Positions 35,403-47,327 of a DNA stretch of 64,000 bases are shown here, piece after piece. Source of the stretch: Pachysolen tannophilus NRRL Y-2460 (Eukaryota); assembly GCA_001661245.1 (NCBI GenBank), contig KV454014.1:698954-762953 (forward strand), in the 5' to 3' direction. The notes under the pieces were generated by a model. That model had not been told where the DNA came from. It did not search any database and worked only from the letters and a program-made list of their open reading frames with translations. Within the stretch, counting starts at the first letter, position 1. Each line of letters begins with the position of its first letter. The translations under genes and the position numbers were made by a program.

Positions 35403-35730
35403 CAGACAATTTTTAGTATATAAAACAGTTTAAATTCAATTTCTTGAAATAAAGTACAAAATACAAAATATTTAAATAATTATAAAAAAAAAAATTTAAA
35501 AATTTAAAATTTAAATCATAAAGGCGTAAAAATAATATAAAAGGCAACAAATAAAAATAAAAAAAAAAAAAAAAAAAAAAAAGTCATTTTATTGTAAAGT
35601 TCAAAAAAAAGAATTGAGATAAACTAAAAATTGAATTCTCGTAGTGTTCTTTAATTCATCAATCTACTTCTCATCTAATCTCCGCTAACAAGAGAACAAG
35701 AGTTAATTATCTTTTTCTCTCTTGATAATT

Positions 35731-36897
35731 TTATAATTTTTTGGCAACTCTTCTTTTCAAAGTTTCTTCAGTTCCGTAAATTCTATCATCATTCTTACCT
35801 TCAACTTCATTTCTGATAACATCCATCTTTTTAGCCTGTTCATTCCAAACATTTTTATCAACTTTTGCCTTTCTATCAAATAATTCTTGATCAGGTTTCC
35901 TATAACTTCCACCCAATCTATCCCATAATGTAGTGAATTGACCATAATTATAATTGAAATATAAATGATGTACAGTATGACATGCAGCACCATTTACAAC
36001 AGGATCATTTGATAAATATTCACCATCATGGATCATAACAGTCCAGAAATTAACAAAAGTGAATAAGAACAAGTATGAAATCTTGTGCAATGGGAATATA
36101 AATGGATACCAATGATAAGGTAATGATTGCATATATCCATCTACAGGATGGAATGCATGTGAAGCAAATGGGGTACAAACAATCCATTTATGATGAGGCT
36201 TGTGTAATTTCTTGTAGATTGGTGGATAATGTAATATACGATGGATGAAATATATACCACAATCTGTAAATAATATAAACAGGACGTATTGGAACAGAAC
36301 AGCTTTCCAACCTCCAGTAGTTTCATCAACATTTAAATATAATTTTGAATAACCTCTTAATTCTAATAAAAACCAAGGTAAAGTTAATAAAACCATTATT
36401 GGAATTGCACTTGAAGCTTGTTTAATCTCCAAAGACATTTGATTTTTCAAATATCTTGGATGATTAAAAATTGATTTATCAAATACTAAGTAATAACTGA
36501 CAGATGCAGTAACAAAATATAATAACCATCCAAAAACACACATTATTATTGATAATGAAATCAGTTGTCTTATCATATTTGATCTGGGAAGCATCGAAGC
36601 ATAAGTATAACAAGTTTCTGGGAAAAAATGTGTTGGAGACAACCCATAAATATCATTACCACGTTCTGGAATATTTCCAACACCTTCAATAGTTTCAAAA
36701 ATTGTAGACCAAGTACCACTCAGTGATAATTTTGACAGCAAAAGAGTATTTTCAGAACTAAACGGAGATGTAGAGTTAAAATTATTAAAATATGGCTTCA
36801 AATTCGATGGTAAATTATTACTCAAAGATGCTGGAAATAAATTGGCATACAATTTATCCAATAAAAAAGTATCTGCAATTTCCAAGACAATATCCAT
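35731..36897 (-). CDS. ERG3: C-5 sterol desaturase
   Basis: MDIVLE start and His boxes HRILH, HKPHH and [17 protein letters not shown]. Confidence 0.96.
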   Translation of the reverse strand: MDIVLEIADTFLLDKLYANLFPASLSNNLPSNLKPYFNNFNSTSPFSSENTLLLSKLSLSGTWSTIFETIEGVGNIPERGNDIYGLSPTHFFPETCYTYASMLPRSNMIRQLISLSIIMCVFGWLLYFVTASVSYYLVFDKSIFNHPRYLKNQMSLEIKQASSAIPIMVLLTLPWFLLELRGYSKLYLNVDETTGGWKAVLFQYVLFILFTDCGIYFIHRILHYPPIYKKLHKPHHKWIVCTPFASHAFHPVDGYMQSLPYHWYPFIFPLHKISYLFLFTFVNFWTVMIHDGEYLSNDPVVNGAACHTVHHLYFNYNYGQFTTLWDRLGGSYRKPDQELFDRKAKVDKNVWNEQAKKMDVIRNEVEGKNDDRIYGTEETLKRRVAKKL

Positions 36898-36932
36898 GAT
36901 CAATTTTTTTTTTTAATAAAAATAAGAATGAA

Positions 36933-36963
<31 letters not shown>

Positions 36964-36976
36964 ATATATATATATA

Positions 36977-37205
36977 NNNNNNNNNNNNNNNNNNNNNNNN
37001 NNNNNNNNNNNNNNNNNNNNNNNNNNNNNNNNNNNNNNNNNNNNNNNNNNNNNNNNNNNNNNNNNNNNNNNNNNNNNNNNNNNNNNNNNNNNNNNNNNNN
37101 NNNNNNNNNNNNNNNNNNNNNNNNNNNNNNNNNNNNNNNNNNNNNNNNNNNNNNNNNNNNNNNNNNNNNNNNNNNNNNNNNNNNNNNNNNNNNNNNNNNN
37201 NNNNN
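36977..37205. other. Assembly gap (N run) in the ERG3 promoter
   Basis: Run of N between (TA)n and poly-A. Confidence 0.99.
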
Positions 37206-37466
37206 AAAAAAAAAAAAAAAAAAAAATTAAATATATATATATATATAAATATAAAGCAACCAGTAAAGAAAAAAAATTTCCTTTAATTCACTTGATACCT
37301 TTATCCACTCTTTTCAAAATATTAAAGCAAAATCAAAGTGGTATTTATAGCAAATATAAATCTTTATAAAAAATATTAAAAATATTTAAAATATTTAAAA
37401 TATTAAAAATATCTTACTATTTATTTTATTCCTGGAAAAAATTGTATGATAATAAACTGTTTTGCT

Positions 37467-37798
37467 TCGTTTAAAATTTTTTTTTTTTTTTTTTTATTTA
37501 TTTTTCGTCGTATAAAAACGAGATTTTATAAGCGAAAAATACGACCGATTAATGCGAAAAAGCAGGGAAGGGAATACAAACAAAGATTGAATGGAAACAT
37601 TAGATACAATAGAAGTATGAGGAAGAGCAATGGGTTGAAAAACTATTTAATGGCAAGTACCGTTTCCATTACAAATAATACCAATAATACCAAGTTGATG
37701 CATTTCGAATTATAACGGTTTGTATCAAATTTGGAGTATACTTACTTCTTACCTGCTGCCCGTACAGTCCTATACAGAAAAGGGCTTCTTATATACGA
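37467..37798. promoter_or_regulatory. Upc2/Ecm22 sterol response elements upstream of ERG3
   Basis: TCGTTTA at 37467, TCGTATA at 37508 and TATACGA at 37792; also the palindrome TCGTATACGA at 38216-38225. Confidence 0.65.
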
Positions 37799-38158
37799 AG
37801 GCTAAGATGAAGATGCGAAAAAAAACAAAAGTACCCTTTAAAGATAGTCGTGTACATAAACATACACATTATTATTATTATATAAATTAATATAATTGTT
37901 AATTAGTTAGTTAGTTAGTTAGTACTAGTAGTGGTACCAGTAGTAGTAGTAGTAGTAGTGACATGAAACGACGGTCAACAGCAATACAGAAAAGAAAAGG
38001 CAAAAAAAAAAAAAGCAAAGAATAAAAGATTACAAAACATGACAAAACATGACACGACGTAGCATGACATGACGTTCCTTTCTTTCTTTTAAGCTTGGAC
38101 AATTTAAACAAATTAAACAAAGTGACACATGTGTCCACATGTGTCCGTATGTGTCGCT

Positions 38159-38194
38159 TGTCACTTGTCACTTGTCACTTGTCACTTGTCACTT
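38159..38194. repeat. Tandem heptamer (TGTCACT)x5
   Basis: TGTCA at 38159, 38166, 38173, 38180 and 38187 with a 7-bp period. Confidence 0.9.
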
Positions 38195-38302
38195 ATGACA
38201 CCCAACAATTTGTCATCGTATACGACATGCATCTAATTCATCAGGCGTCATACTACTACCATCGTTTTTTATACCATCGTTCGTTATTTTCCAACAAATT
38301 CA

Positions 38303-39337
38303 TCAATTGACGCTTCTTGTTGTTTTGAAATAATCTGTGACGCGTCCTTTATCGTCGTAGTACTTCGATTCCATTTCCTTTTCCAAATCAGTCCACTTAG
38401 GTCTTGTCTTATCCTCACTCCTCTCACCACGCAGAATCAAATCTTGATTTAACCATTTTAAAGCCAATGGGTGTAAACTATTTACTTTTGCAATCTTGAT
38501 TATTTTTTCATCATTTGATTCGCTCTTTTCAATTGGAAGAGCTTGTTCAAATTTCCGTTTACAACAAGAATCAAAAGTTTCCAGAACTTCGTTTACATAT
38601 TCAATTTGATCAATTGAAAAATCTTGCAATTTTTTCCCACCACTTAAATGAACAATACTTGTGGGCCAACTCTTATATTTATCACCAAAATTCCCTCCTA
38701 ATCCATCAAAGATATGTGTTGCATAAATAACAGTTGCATCTCTTGTTTCAGTTTCTTTAGCTAAAAAGCTTAGTAATCTATTACGAACTAAGACATCCAA
38801 ATCAACGGTAACTTCATCCAATAAGAGTAAATTCCATGGTTTTAATAATCCCATTGCTAATTGAACCCTTCTACGCTCACCATCACTTATTTGGTTCATT
38901 CTCCAACTTATATCAATATCCAATAGATCAATCAATAAATCTCGACGTTCTGGTAATAAATCACCACCAATAGAACCAATAAGAACTGTTACAGGAACAT
39001 CTCTTTTAGTTATTTCATTATTTGCCCATTCAGTACCTAAATACGTGGTGATACCCATTTGCCTTGGTGCACCAGTACTATTCAGTGACAGTGGAGCTGG
39101 CTTATTGAATGCAAATGGATCAACCCCATTGATCAAAATCTTACCAGATTTAATAAGTTTTTGACCAGCTAATATTTTTAATAATGTCGATTTCCCTGCC
39201 CCATTTGGTCCTACAATTAGCACCCTTGAATGTTTAGGAACTGCTAACGTTATATTTGCTAAACCAACCTTCTTGTTTGGAAACAAATAAGACAAGTTCT
39301 CAGTTGAAACTGCATATTCAGTTACTAAATCAGACAT
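38303..39337 (-). CDS. CAF16: Non-transporter ABC ATPase, CCR4-NOT associated
   Basis: GPNGAGKSTLLK, YLGTEW, SDGERRRVQL, LLLDEVTVDLD and YATHIFDGL. Confidence 0.9.
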   Translation of the reverse strand: MSDLVTEYAVSTENLSYLFPNKKVGLANITLAVPKHSRVLIVGPNGAGKSTLLKILAGQKLIKSGKILINGVDPFAFNKPAPLSLNSTGAPRQMGITTYLGTEWANNEITKRDVPVTVLIGSIGGDLLPERRDLLIDLLDIDISWRMNQISDGERRRVQLAMGLLKPWNLLLLDEVTVDLDVLVRNRLLSFLAKETETRDATVIYATHIFDGLGGNFGDKYKSWPTSIVHLSGGKKLQDFSIDQIEYVNEVLETFDSCCKRKFEQALPIEKSESNDEKIIKIAKVNSLHPLALKWLNQDLILRGERSEDKTRPKWTDLEKEMESKYYDDKGRVTDYFKTTRSVN

Positions 39338-39926
39338 TTCCAGATAATTAAACTAGTTATTATATATACTGAAAAAAAATGAAAAAAAAATTTTTATTTT
39401 TATATTTTGTATTTTCTATTCTAAGATTTCTTTAAGTTAAAGACATTCATTCCTATTATGGATATGCGGGGCGGTGAACGAGTCTCCGCTAAAAATGGGT
39501 TCTTCGTCCCAATCAGTCCCAGGCCCAAATTAGACCCTAGGTTGGCTATAGAGGAACGAAAAAAAAGGCGGAAAACTAGAAGGCGGAAACTTAACAGGGG
39601 TGGCGGCAACCGTTCCGTTCACCTTAAAAAAAATTTTTTTTTTTTTTTTTTTTTACCTTTCTCTTGGCAGCCGTGTCTCGTTGGCAGGGTCTGCTAGGTC
39701 TAACATGCCGGAGACCCCGGCTTCTCGAGAGCAGCAAGCAGCAAACTGTTTGAGATAAAGCTGCGGCCTGCGAGAACAATGCTTATTACTCCACTTCTCC
39801 ACAAACTCCACACATATTAAAAATTTAAAATCATACTTGGTTATGTATTAAAAGCTAGATGGATTAAAAACAAGATTTCAAGAGCAAAAATCAAACACAA
39901 AAAGTATATTTAACACATGGAACAAT

Positions 39927-40416
39927 NNNNNNNNNNNNNNNNNNNNNNNNNNNNNNNNNNNNNNNNNNNNNNNNNNNNNNNNNNNNNNNNNNNNNNNNNN
40001 NNNNNNNNNNNNNNNNNNNNNNNNNNNNNNNNNNNNNNNNNNNNNNNNNNNNNNNNNNNNNNNNNNNNNNNNNNNNNNNNNNNNNNNNNNNNNNNNNNNN
40101 NNNNNNNNNNNNNNNNNNNNNNNNNNNNNNNNNNNNNNNNNNNNNNNNNNNNNNNNNNNNNNNNNNNNNNNNNNNNNNNNNNNNNNNNNNNNNNNNNNNN
40201 NNNNNNNNNNNNNNNNNNNNNNNNNNNNNNNNNNNNNNNNNNNNNNNNNNNNNNNNNNNNNNNNNNNNNNNNNNNNNNNNNNNNNNNNNNNNNNNNNNNN
40301 NNNNNNNNNNNNNNNNNNNNNNNNNNNNNNNNNNNNNNNNNNNNNNNNNNNNNNNNNNNNNNNNNNNNNNNNNNNNNNNNNNNNNNNNNNNNNNNNNNNN
40401 NNNNNNNNNNNNNNNN
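39927..40416. other. Assembly gap (N run)
   Basis: Run of N followed by a long poly-A. Confidence 0.99.
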
Positions 40417-40461
<45 letters not shown>

Positions 40462-40675
40462 ATAAGAAAAAAGCAAAGTTTGTTCATTTCGAAGAAAAGT
40501 AACAAAAAAAATTCTAATTATTCTTTTAATACTCTTGAAAAAAATGACAAACTTGAAAAAAGAAAAAAAAAAAAAATTAATGAAAGTAATGAAGCCAACA
40601 TAAATTATTGTATATAATATTAATCAAGAGCTAAGCTTTTTTTTTTGTTTTTTCTGTTTTGTATTATATTCTCTT

Positions 40676-41782
40676 TTAAATTCTTTCTCTTTCTCCCCTG
40701 AGAAGTGAAATCAATTCTGGAACTTGAACATTTTTAAGCTCTTCATCGGTGAAATCTATCATTGAATCACCTAATACAACGACATTTTTATTTCTTGAAA
40801 CAAATTCAGTTTTTGGATTTCTTAATTCATCAAAACATTCCGCACCCATTGCATGTACTGCATCTAATCTATCCACTGGACTATAAACTAAGATTTTTTC
40901 TAATAACAGAACAAGTCCTAAATCACAATTATGTTTAAAAACTTTCAGTAAAGGTATTGATCTTATTATTGGGAATTTATGTTCCATATAATTTGGATTC
41001 ATCACTTCAATATCATGTCTTGTCGGTGTTCCTAATATCTTAATAATTTCAACTAATTGATCAATACCACTTTCTCCTGGAAATAATGGTTGACCCAAGA
41101 TCAATTCTGCTATAACACAACCTGCTGACCATAAATCAATATTTGTAGAATAATTTGTTGCTCCAAATATTAATTCTGGAGCTCTATAATATCTTGAACA
41201 TATATATGATACATTTGGTTCTGTTGGAACTAAAATTTTTGCTGAACCAAAATCACATAATTTTAAAATCCCTCGATCTGTATCAATTAATAAATTTTGA
41301 GGTTTAATATCTCTATGGCATATTCCTAAAGAATGAATATAATTAAGTGCTCTTAATAATTGAAATGAATATAATTTAATTTCAAAAATTGGCATATTTT
41401 GCTTTTTATGAGTATAATATTGAGAAGCTTTATATAAAGTTTCAGGAACATATTCCAATATTAAATTTAAATATAATTCATCATTTTCACTAGTATGATA
41501 AAAATAATATTTTAAATTAACAATATTTTTATGTTGTAACATCTTCATTATTTGTAATTCTCTATTTTTAAATCTTTTATCTTGTAATACTCTTTTAATT
41601 GCTGCATCTTCATTTGTATGTAATAATTTTGTCTTGAAAACCATTCCAAATGATCCATTACCAACTATAGAACATGGCGTATATGTTATTGTTTTCAATT
41701 CACCCGTATGACCGTCTTGAACTTGCTCGGTATCATATTCCACATCATTTTTATCAATATTTGAATCAATATTTGAAGACAT
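40676..41782 (-). CDS. RIM11: Glycogen synthase kinase-3 family kinase
   Basis: [33 protein letters not shown] and [14 protein letters not shown]. Confidence 0.9.
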   Translation of the reverse strand: MSSNIDSNIDKNDVEYDTEQVQDGHTGELKTITYTPCSIVGNGSFGMVFKTKLLHTNEDAAIKRVLQDKRFKNRELQIMKMLQHKNIVNLKYYFYHTSENDELYLNLILEYVPETLYKASQYYTHKKQNMPIFEIKLYSFQLLRALNYIHSLGICHRDIKPQNLLIDTDRGILKLCDFGSAKILVPTEPNVSYICSRYYRAPELIFGATNYSTNIDLWSAGCVIAELILGQPLFPGESGIDQLVEIIKILGTPTRHDIEVMNPNYMEHKFPIIRSIPLLKVFKHNCDLGLVLLLEKILVYSPVDRLDAVHAMGAECFDELRNPKTEFVSRNKNVVVLGDSMIDFTDEELKNVQVPELISLLRGERERI

Positions 41783-41970
41783 TGTTAGTTTTTAAAAACT
41801 ATGAATATTGGCGGTGAGAAATCGTAAAAGAAAAAAAAAGAATAGTAGCAGGAATGACGATAGTTAGTAATAAAAAAAAAAATAAAAAAAAAAAAAAAAA
41901 ATTAAAAAGTAAATGATCAGTTTATAGTTGGAATCGTTTTTTTAAAAAATAATCTTTTCTTTAATACAGG

Positions 41971-42002
<32 letters not shown>

Positions 42003-43276
42003 GATTATCTTTTATGCAAATATTTGTGAACAATTTTTCATATAATTCTTCTTTATATTTAAGATTAAAATTCTTATAAACATATACCAATACTTTTTAT
42101 TTATCAAAAAATTTTCTTTTAAAAGTCGAGATCAATTGTAAAAAAAAAATATAATAATAATAATTATATTTATTATATATTTATCTGGTTTTACTCTATT
42201 TTGCTAGTTTTCTTCTCCATACTTTCTAAAACTTTTTTTTCTCTCTCTTTTTTTTTCTTTCTCTTTTCAACTTTTGAGTTCAATATGCACTACTAAAAGT
42301 TTTGAAACCCCCCTTTGATAACAAGAAGAGTTAAGATAGATAGAAATATAGATAAATAGATATTAAATAACTTATTTACAATTGTTGTTAATGAAATCTT
42401 TATTCGTTTGTAGAAAAATGATTGCTTTTAATTTAATATAATATTTTTTTTTTTTTCTTTTTGAAAAAATAGCTGCTTTAGTTTTTAATTCTAGACCAGA
42501 GAGATTTTAGTATAAGTATTAGTATTGGCGCTTCTTTTTTATTTTAATTAATTTTATAGTCTTTGTCTTTTATGAACTAAAAATATAGCAGTGAATAAAA
42601 AATACCAGTTTTGTTAAAAGTATAAAGAAAGATTAAAAATATTTAAAAAGTACATTTTGTATTTTTTTTGACAAATTCAAATTTTATAGATGTATTTATT
42701 ATCTAGTTGATAAAAAAAAAAGGAATCATAATATTAAACATTAACAATTATAATTTTTTTAATTGCTATTTTTACCCTTGTTATAAAATTGTATTATAAT
42801 TTATTATAATAAATGCAAATTGATCATTCATTAGATTTTACCTAACAAAATTCAATTTTTTTTTTTTTTTTTTTGTGGAGAAGAATAAGTAGCGGGTGGG
42901 TGTGTGAGCAATAAATTAAATAAATAGTTATATAGGTAACGAAAAAAGTATGTATTACTCCATACTACCTGCACTTTTTTAATAATCAGATGTTTTTCTA
43001 TATTAATATATCATATACACAATAAGACTCAAATTCAAATTAATCACTTATATAAAATCAATCAATAATTAAATGTATATTGTTTGATGGCATGATCCAT
43101 ACTTTTAATGAAAACATGACTGATTAGCAAGATTGAATAGGAAAACATGCTTATTGTATTCAACATGCATATATTCAATCTTCTTTTTTTTTTTGCTAGC
43201 AAAAAAAAAGTTTATTATTATACAATTGATGCTACACAATGTCAATTAGAAATTTCAAAGCATAGATATCCTTGAG

Positions 43277-43350
43277 GGTCTTGTAGTGTAGTGGTTCATC
43301 ACGTTTCGTTTACACCGAGAAGATCGCGAGTTCGAACCTCGCCTGGGCCA
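43277..43350 (+). tRNA. tRNA-Val (anticodon UAC)
   Basis: Cloverleaf with D loop AGTGGTTC, anticodon arm TTTCG-TTTACAC-CGAGA, T arm GCGAG-TTCGAAC-CTCGC and discriminator A; T-run Pol III terminator at 43357. Confidence 0.93.
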
Positions 43351-43740
43351 CTTGGATTTTTTTTTGCTTAGATTTTTTTTTTTTTTAATTTTTTGATTTT
43401 CTGCGTACTCCATGCAAAATGTATAGTAAGATAAAAAGATAGTAAGTGATAAGTTTAATTAGCGGGTATAATAATAATAATAATATCTTTTGAAATTTAC
43501 TAACCTTATTTATTTTAAATTAAAAATTGCAATTGCTGAATTTAAAAAATAATTTTTTCCGTGCTATTGACATCTAGCTTAGTTATTATTGAAAAAAGCC
43601 AAAACTATAGAGAGAGAGAACGAAATAAAAAAAAATAAAATTTAAAAAAAGTTTTTTTAAAAAAAAGGAAATAAGCTGAATAAGATAAAAGATTTTTAGA
43701 TAAGAACTTTTCAAGATCTATCTACATAGATAATATATAT

Positions 43741-46363
43741 ATGCCTGAATCTAAGAGAAGGTCGTCATCATCCTCTTCAACATCATCTATTTTGGATTTG
43801 GCAAAGCAGAAAAGACATAGGGTTGCTGTTGTATGTTTGAATTGTAGGAAAAAGAAAATTAAGTGTGATAAATCAAAACCCGATTGTAATAATTGTGTTA
43901 AATCCAATATAAAATGTCAATATCAGGATGTGACATGGGCTTCATCAACCGTTGTTGATCCAAAGGGTAATGTGTCTTCAAGTAATGATTATAGTTATCA
44001 AAATGTGTTTTCTTTGAGTGACAAGTATATTTTAAATGATTCAGATAAAGATATGCAGGTTAATAATATTGATAAACTGATAACATTTGAACAACAAAAT
44101 CGCACCACAATACATAATAATTATACCAAAAAAATTTCATTAAATATTAATCAAAATTTATTAGAAAACCATCCACAAATAGATCTGAATGAAACTATTG
44201 ATTTTTATGAAAATGCTTATTCAAATTTTGCCAAATATGAAGCATTATCAAGGGAAGGACCCTTTTCTTGGGCTCTTATAGAAAGTAAAGATGAATTTAT
44301 AACAACATTATGGATTAAATCATTTTTAACAGAGAAAAAAAAATTTTATATTTTGACCCATCAGCTTCAAATTTATTACCTAAAGATACAATATCTGATG
44401 ATAAAGATATAGATTTTACTCAAAAATTTGAACAAATTCATCTTCGTCCAAGGTATAAAAATTTCCCCTCACAACAACTTATAGATTTAATATTGTATAA
44501 TATGCCAAAGAAAAAATTATTATGGCTATTAATTGACCATTTTTTTAAAACATTATACATCATGATGCCATATTTAGATATGGATTTTTTTTTAAAAGAA
44601 GTTTGTAGATTGTTGGACTCAAATTCAAATGATTTGGTTGATCAAAGATTTATGAAAATAAATATTAGTAAGAAATCAGATTATTTAACTGTGGCTTTAT
44701 TGTTCATTATCTTAAGGTTTTCATTTATTTCTGTATCCGATAATACAGAATCAAATTCATATATTGTAAACAATCCAATTTCTGCTCAACTTATATCAGT
44801 TGCTAAAGTATTAATCAGCGAATTTAAAATATTTGATGAAACAAGTTTTGAATTATTACAGGCATACCTTTATTTAAGATTATATAATCATTACTCACCT
44901 GAATGTGGGGATAATACTGGTGGTGCAGATTCTCCAATTTTCCATGGAACATTATTATCAATGGCTGTATCCTTAGGTTTTCACAGAGATCCTGGAGATA
45001 TTGCAATTTTTAAACATAATAAAGCTTTATGTAATTTGAGAAGAAGAGTTTGGTTTTGTTTGATATTGGGTGACTTATATCAAACTGTTTCTTTAGGAAA
45101 TCAAACTGTTTCAACTTTTAATCTTTGTAATGTGAAATTACCAGAAATATCACCAGAAGATACAGAATTGAATCAAAAAATTAATTCTTGTTTCCGTGAA
45201 TATTGTGAAGATTATCATGTGATAAGTGATATAATTTCTCAAATTCTGGATTTAAATAAAAAAATTAAAGTGATTGATGTTATCAAAAACATTCTGATAT
45301 TAGATGGTTTACGTACTGAGAATTATAAATCTATGAAAGAATTTGTACAAGATGAACCTAAGGACCATTCATCTGCTACAATCTTACGTAGATTAATCAG
45401 ATTGATTAGATACAGTTTTTGTAATTCATTCTGCTTCACTCTTGAATATAATATTTTTTTGCACTATGAAAATTCACCAGAAGGGAAGAAGAAATACAAA
45501 AAAATTTGTCAGTATTATTTGTCAAAAATGTTAAAAAGAAGCTTGGAATCTATTACAAATTTGCCAAATTTGCTTACAAGTATTTCCAAATATTTCCGTT
45601 ATGGTATTAATATAGTTCAGTTACCAGCAATATTGTTAGCTTTAAGAAAAGCTGTTCAATTACAAAATTCTTTTTCCTTAAGATGTCAACATCTAATTAA
45701 AGTTTTAGAGTTGAAAGGTAATGCAGATAAAATTGAATTAATAAATTATTTGAAATTAATCATAAGATCAATTTCTTTAAAGATCGAATATTACTTGAGT
45801 AGTTTGAATAATGCTTGTGACACTTACTATTACGCTTGGAGAATGAAAAGACCTCATATGTTATTTTGGTTGGTTAGTAAACAAGATTTTTACGTTATAA
45901 AAGATTCGACAATTCTGTTGACTGATCTCGATGCTGATACATATAAAAAATATGGGATTAATGTTTCTCAGGATAGTATATTGGAAGATATGACTTTAGA
46001 AGACTTCAAAAACCTTTTTCCAATTTCTAATGAAGAAATGGAAAAGATACAACGTCATGAAAAATATGAAAATAATGGTGATGTTCTTGGACGAATGCAA
46101 TCACAGTATACAAAAGAAGACAAATCACCAAGAATTGAGAACTTGTTGAATGACCCTAACAATGGTCACCCTAAGAGAACAGGTTTAGTAGATTCCTCCT
46201 TGTCCTTTATGATGAATCTAATGGATTCTAATATAGACCATACCTGGATTAAAATGTATTATGGCAGTTCCACAGGTGCTACTGCTACTACTCCTAATGC
46301 TGCTACTGCTGCCACTACCGCCACTACTGCTACTGTTACTACTGCTACTACTCCTACTGCTGC

Positions 46364-46395
<32 letters not shown>

Positions 46396-46856
46396 ATAAT
46401 AAGTCTGCGGATGCGGTTAACTATGATCAAAAAGCTTCCAGTGGATTTTATGCTAATACTCAATTTTTTAACTATAAAACTGGAAATAATAATAATGATG
46501 ATCATTCTCAACCGGCGCAACAATCGTTTAGTGCTCCATATGTGGGTCCAAACTCACAACCAAATCTAGGACAGCAGAGCTGTCAGAGGTATCCGCAATC
46601 ACCAGAGCAACCCCAACAGCAGCCCCAACAGCAACATCATTATCAAATACAACCACAACCTCATCAGCTGCAATCAGCATTTTATCATCAAGGTAATGGT
46701 TACTCACATCTGACTCGCAAAGGGGAAGATGTAACGACAACGAATAATAACTTTACCCCTGACACTAACTTTGATCAATTCTTTAATTTAATTGGTACGG
46801 CAGGTTTCAACACATTGGACGATATGTTCGGGAACATTGAGTTTTCAGATAACTAA
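43741..46856 (+). CDS. Zn(II)2Cys6 transcription factor (Mrr1/Pdr-like) interrupted by a 1-nt frameshift at A9 (44335-44343)
   Basis: ORF1 carries the CLNCRKKKIKCDK..C..C......C cluster. The -1 frame is open from 44319 to 46856 and carries the fungal TF middle-homology region (LGFHRDP, LRRRVW). Adding one A gives a 1038-aa protein colinear with the neighbouring paralog. Confidence 0.8.
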
Positions 46857-47327
46857 AATTTTTTTTTCATTCAACCTATTTATTTATTTTATGAGGTAAA
46901 ATTAAAGAAACAGTAAAAAAAATATCATTTTCAAGTTGGTATATTTTGCTGCAGATTAACTAAAAATTGATACCAATAGAACAACAAGACTTTGACTTTC
47001 TAAAGTAATTTAGTAAATCGAATCGTAGCTAAAAGATCAATAGATCTATCTTTCTCTGCTGTCGCATCACAGTACGGCTTGCATTTCTCTGCTAAAACCT
47101 ATTTTCCTCTTTAGGAAACTGTGGCGCTTTGATTAAAAAGCTTACTTGCCACATTTTTAAAAATAGTAATTGTGGCTTGGTAATTTTTAAGCAATTATTA
47201 TAATCAAGATAATATACTGATAAAATCTATGACAATGACAAATATTTTTCAACATCTATATTGTTAGTTTGAATCATTGACAGTTGGTTAAAACTGTTTT
47301 CCGAGGTTGCTATAGGAATAGGTGAAT

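Noticed and set aside
39458..39697. 79-aa basic ORF upstream of CAF16
   Set aside because: No recognisable homology; runs through a poly-T tract and promoter-like motifs.
39460..39800. RNase P, RNase MRP or SRP RNA identity for the GC-rich island
   Set aside because: The conserved CR-I/CR-V and SRP Alu motifs were not found on either strand.
11333..40505. ORF-track entries spanning N runs (11333, 14393, 14500, 36928, 39891, 39910, 39917)
   Set aside because: Artefacts of assembly gaps and flanking homopolymers.
46218..46740. Poly-Leu and poly-Ser overlapping ORFs
   Set aside because: Frame shadows of the (ACT/GCT)n Thr/Ala tract in the TF C-terminus.
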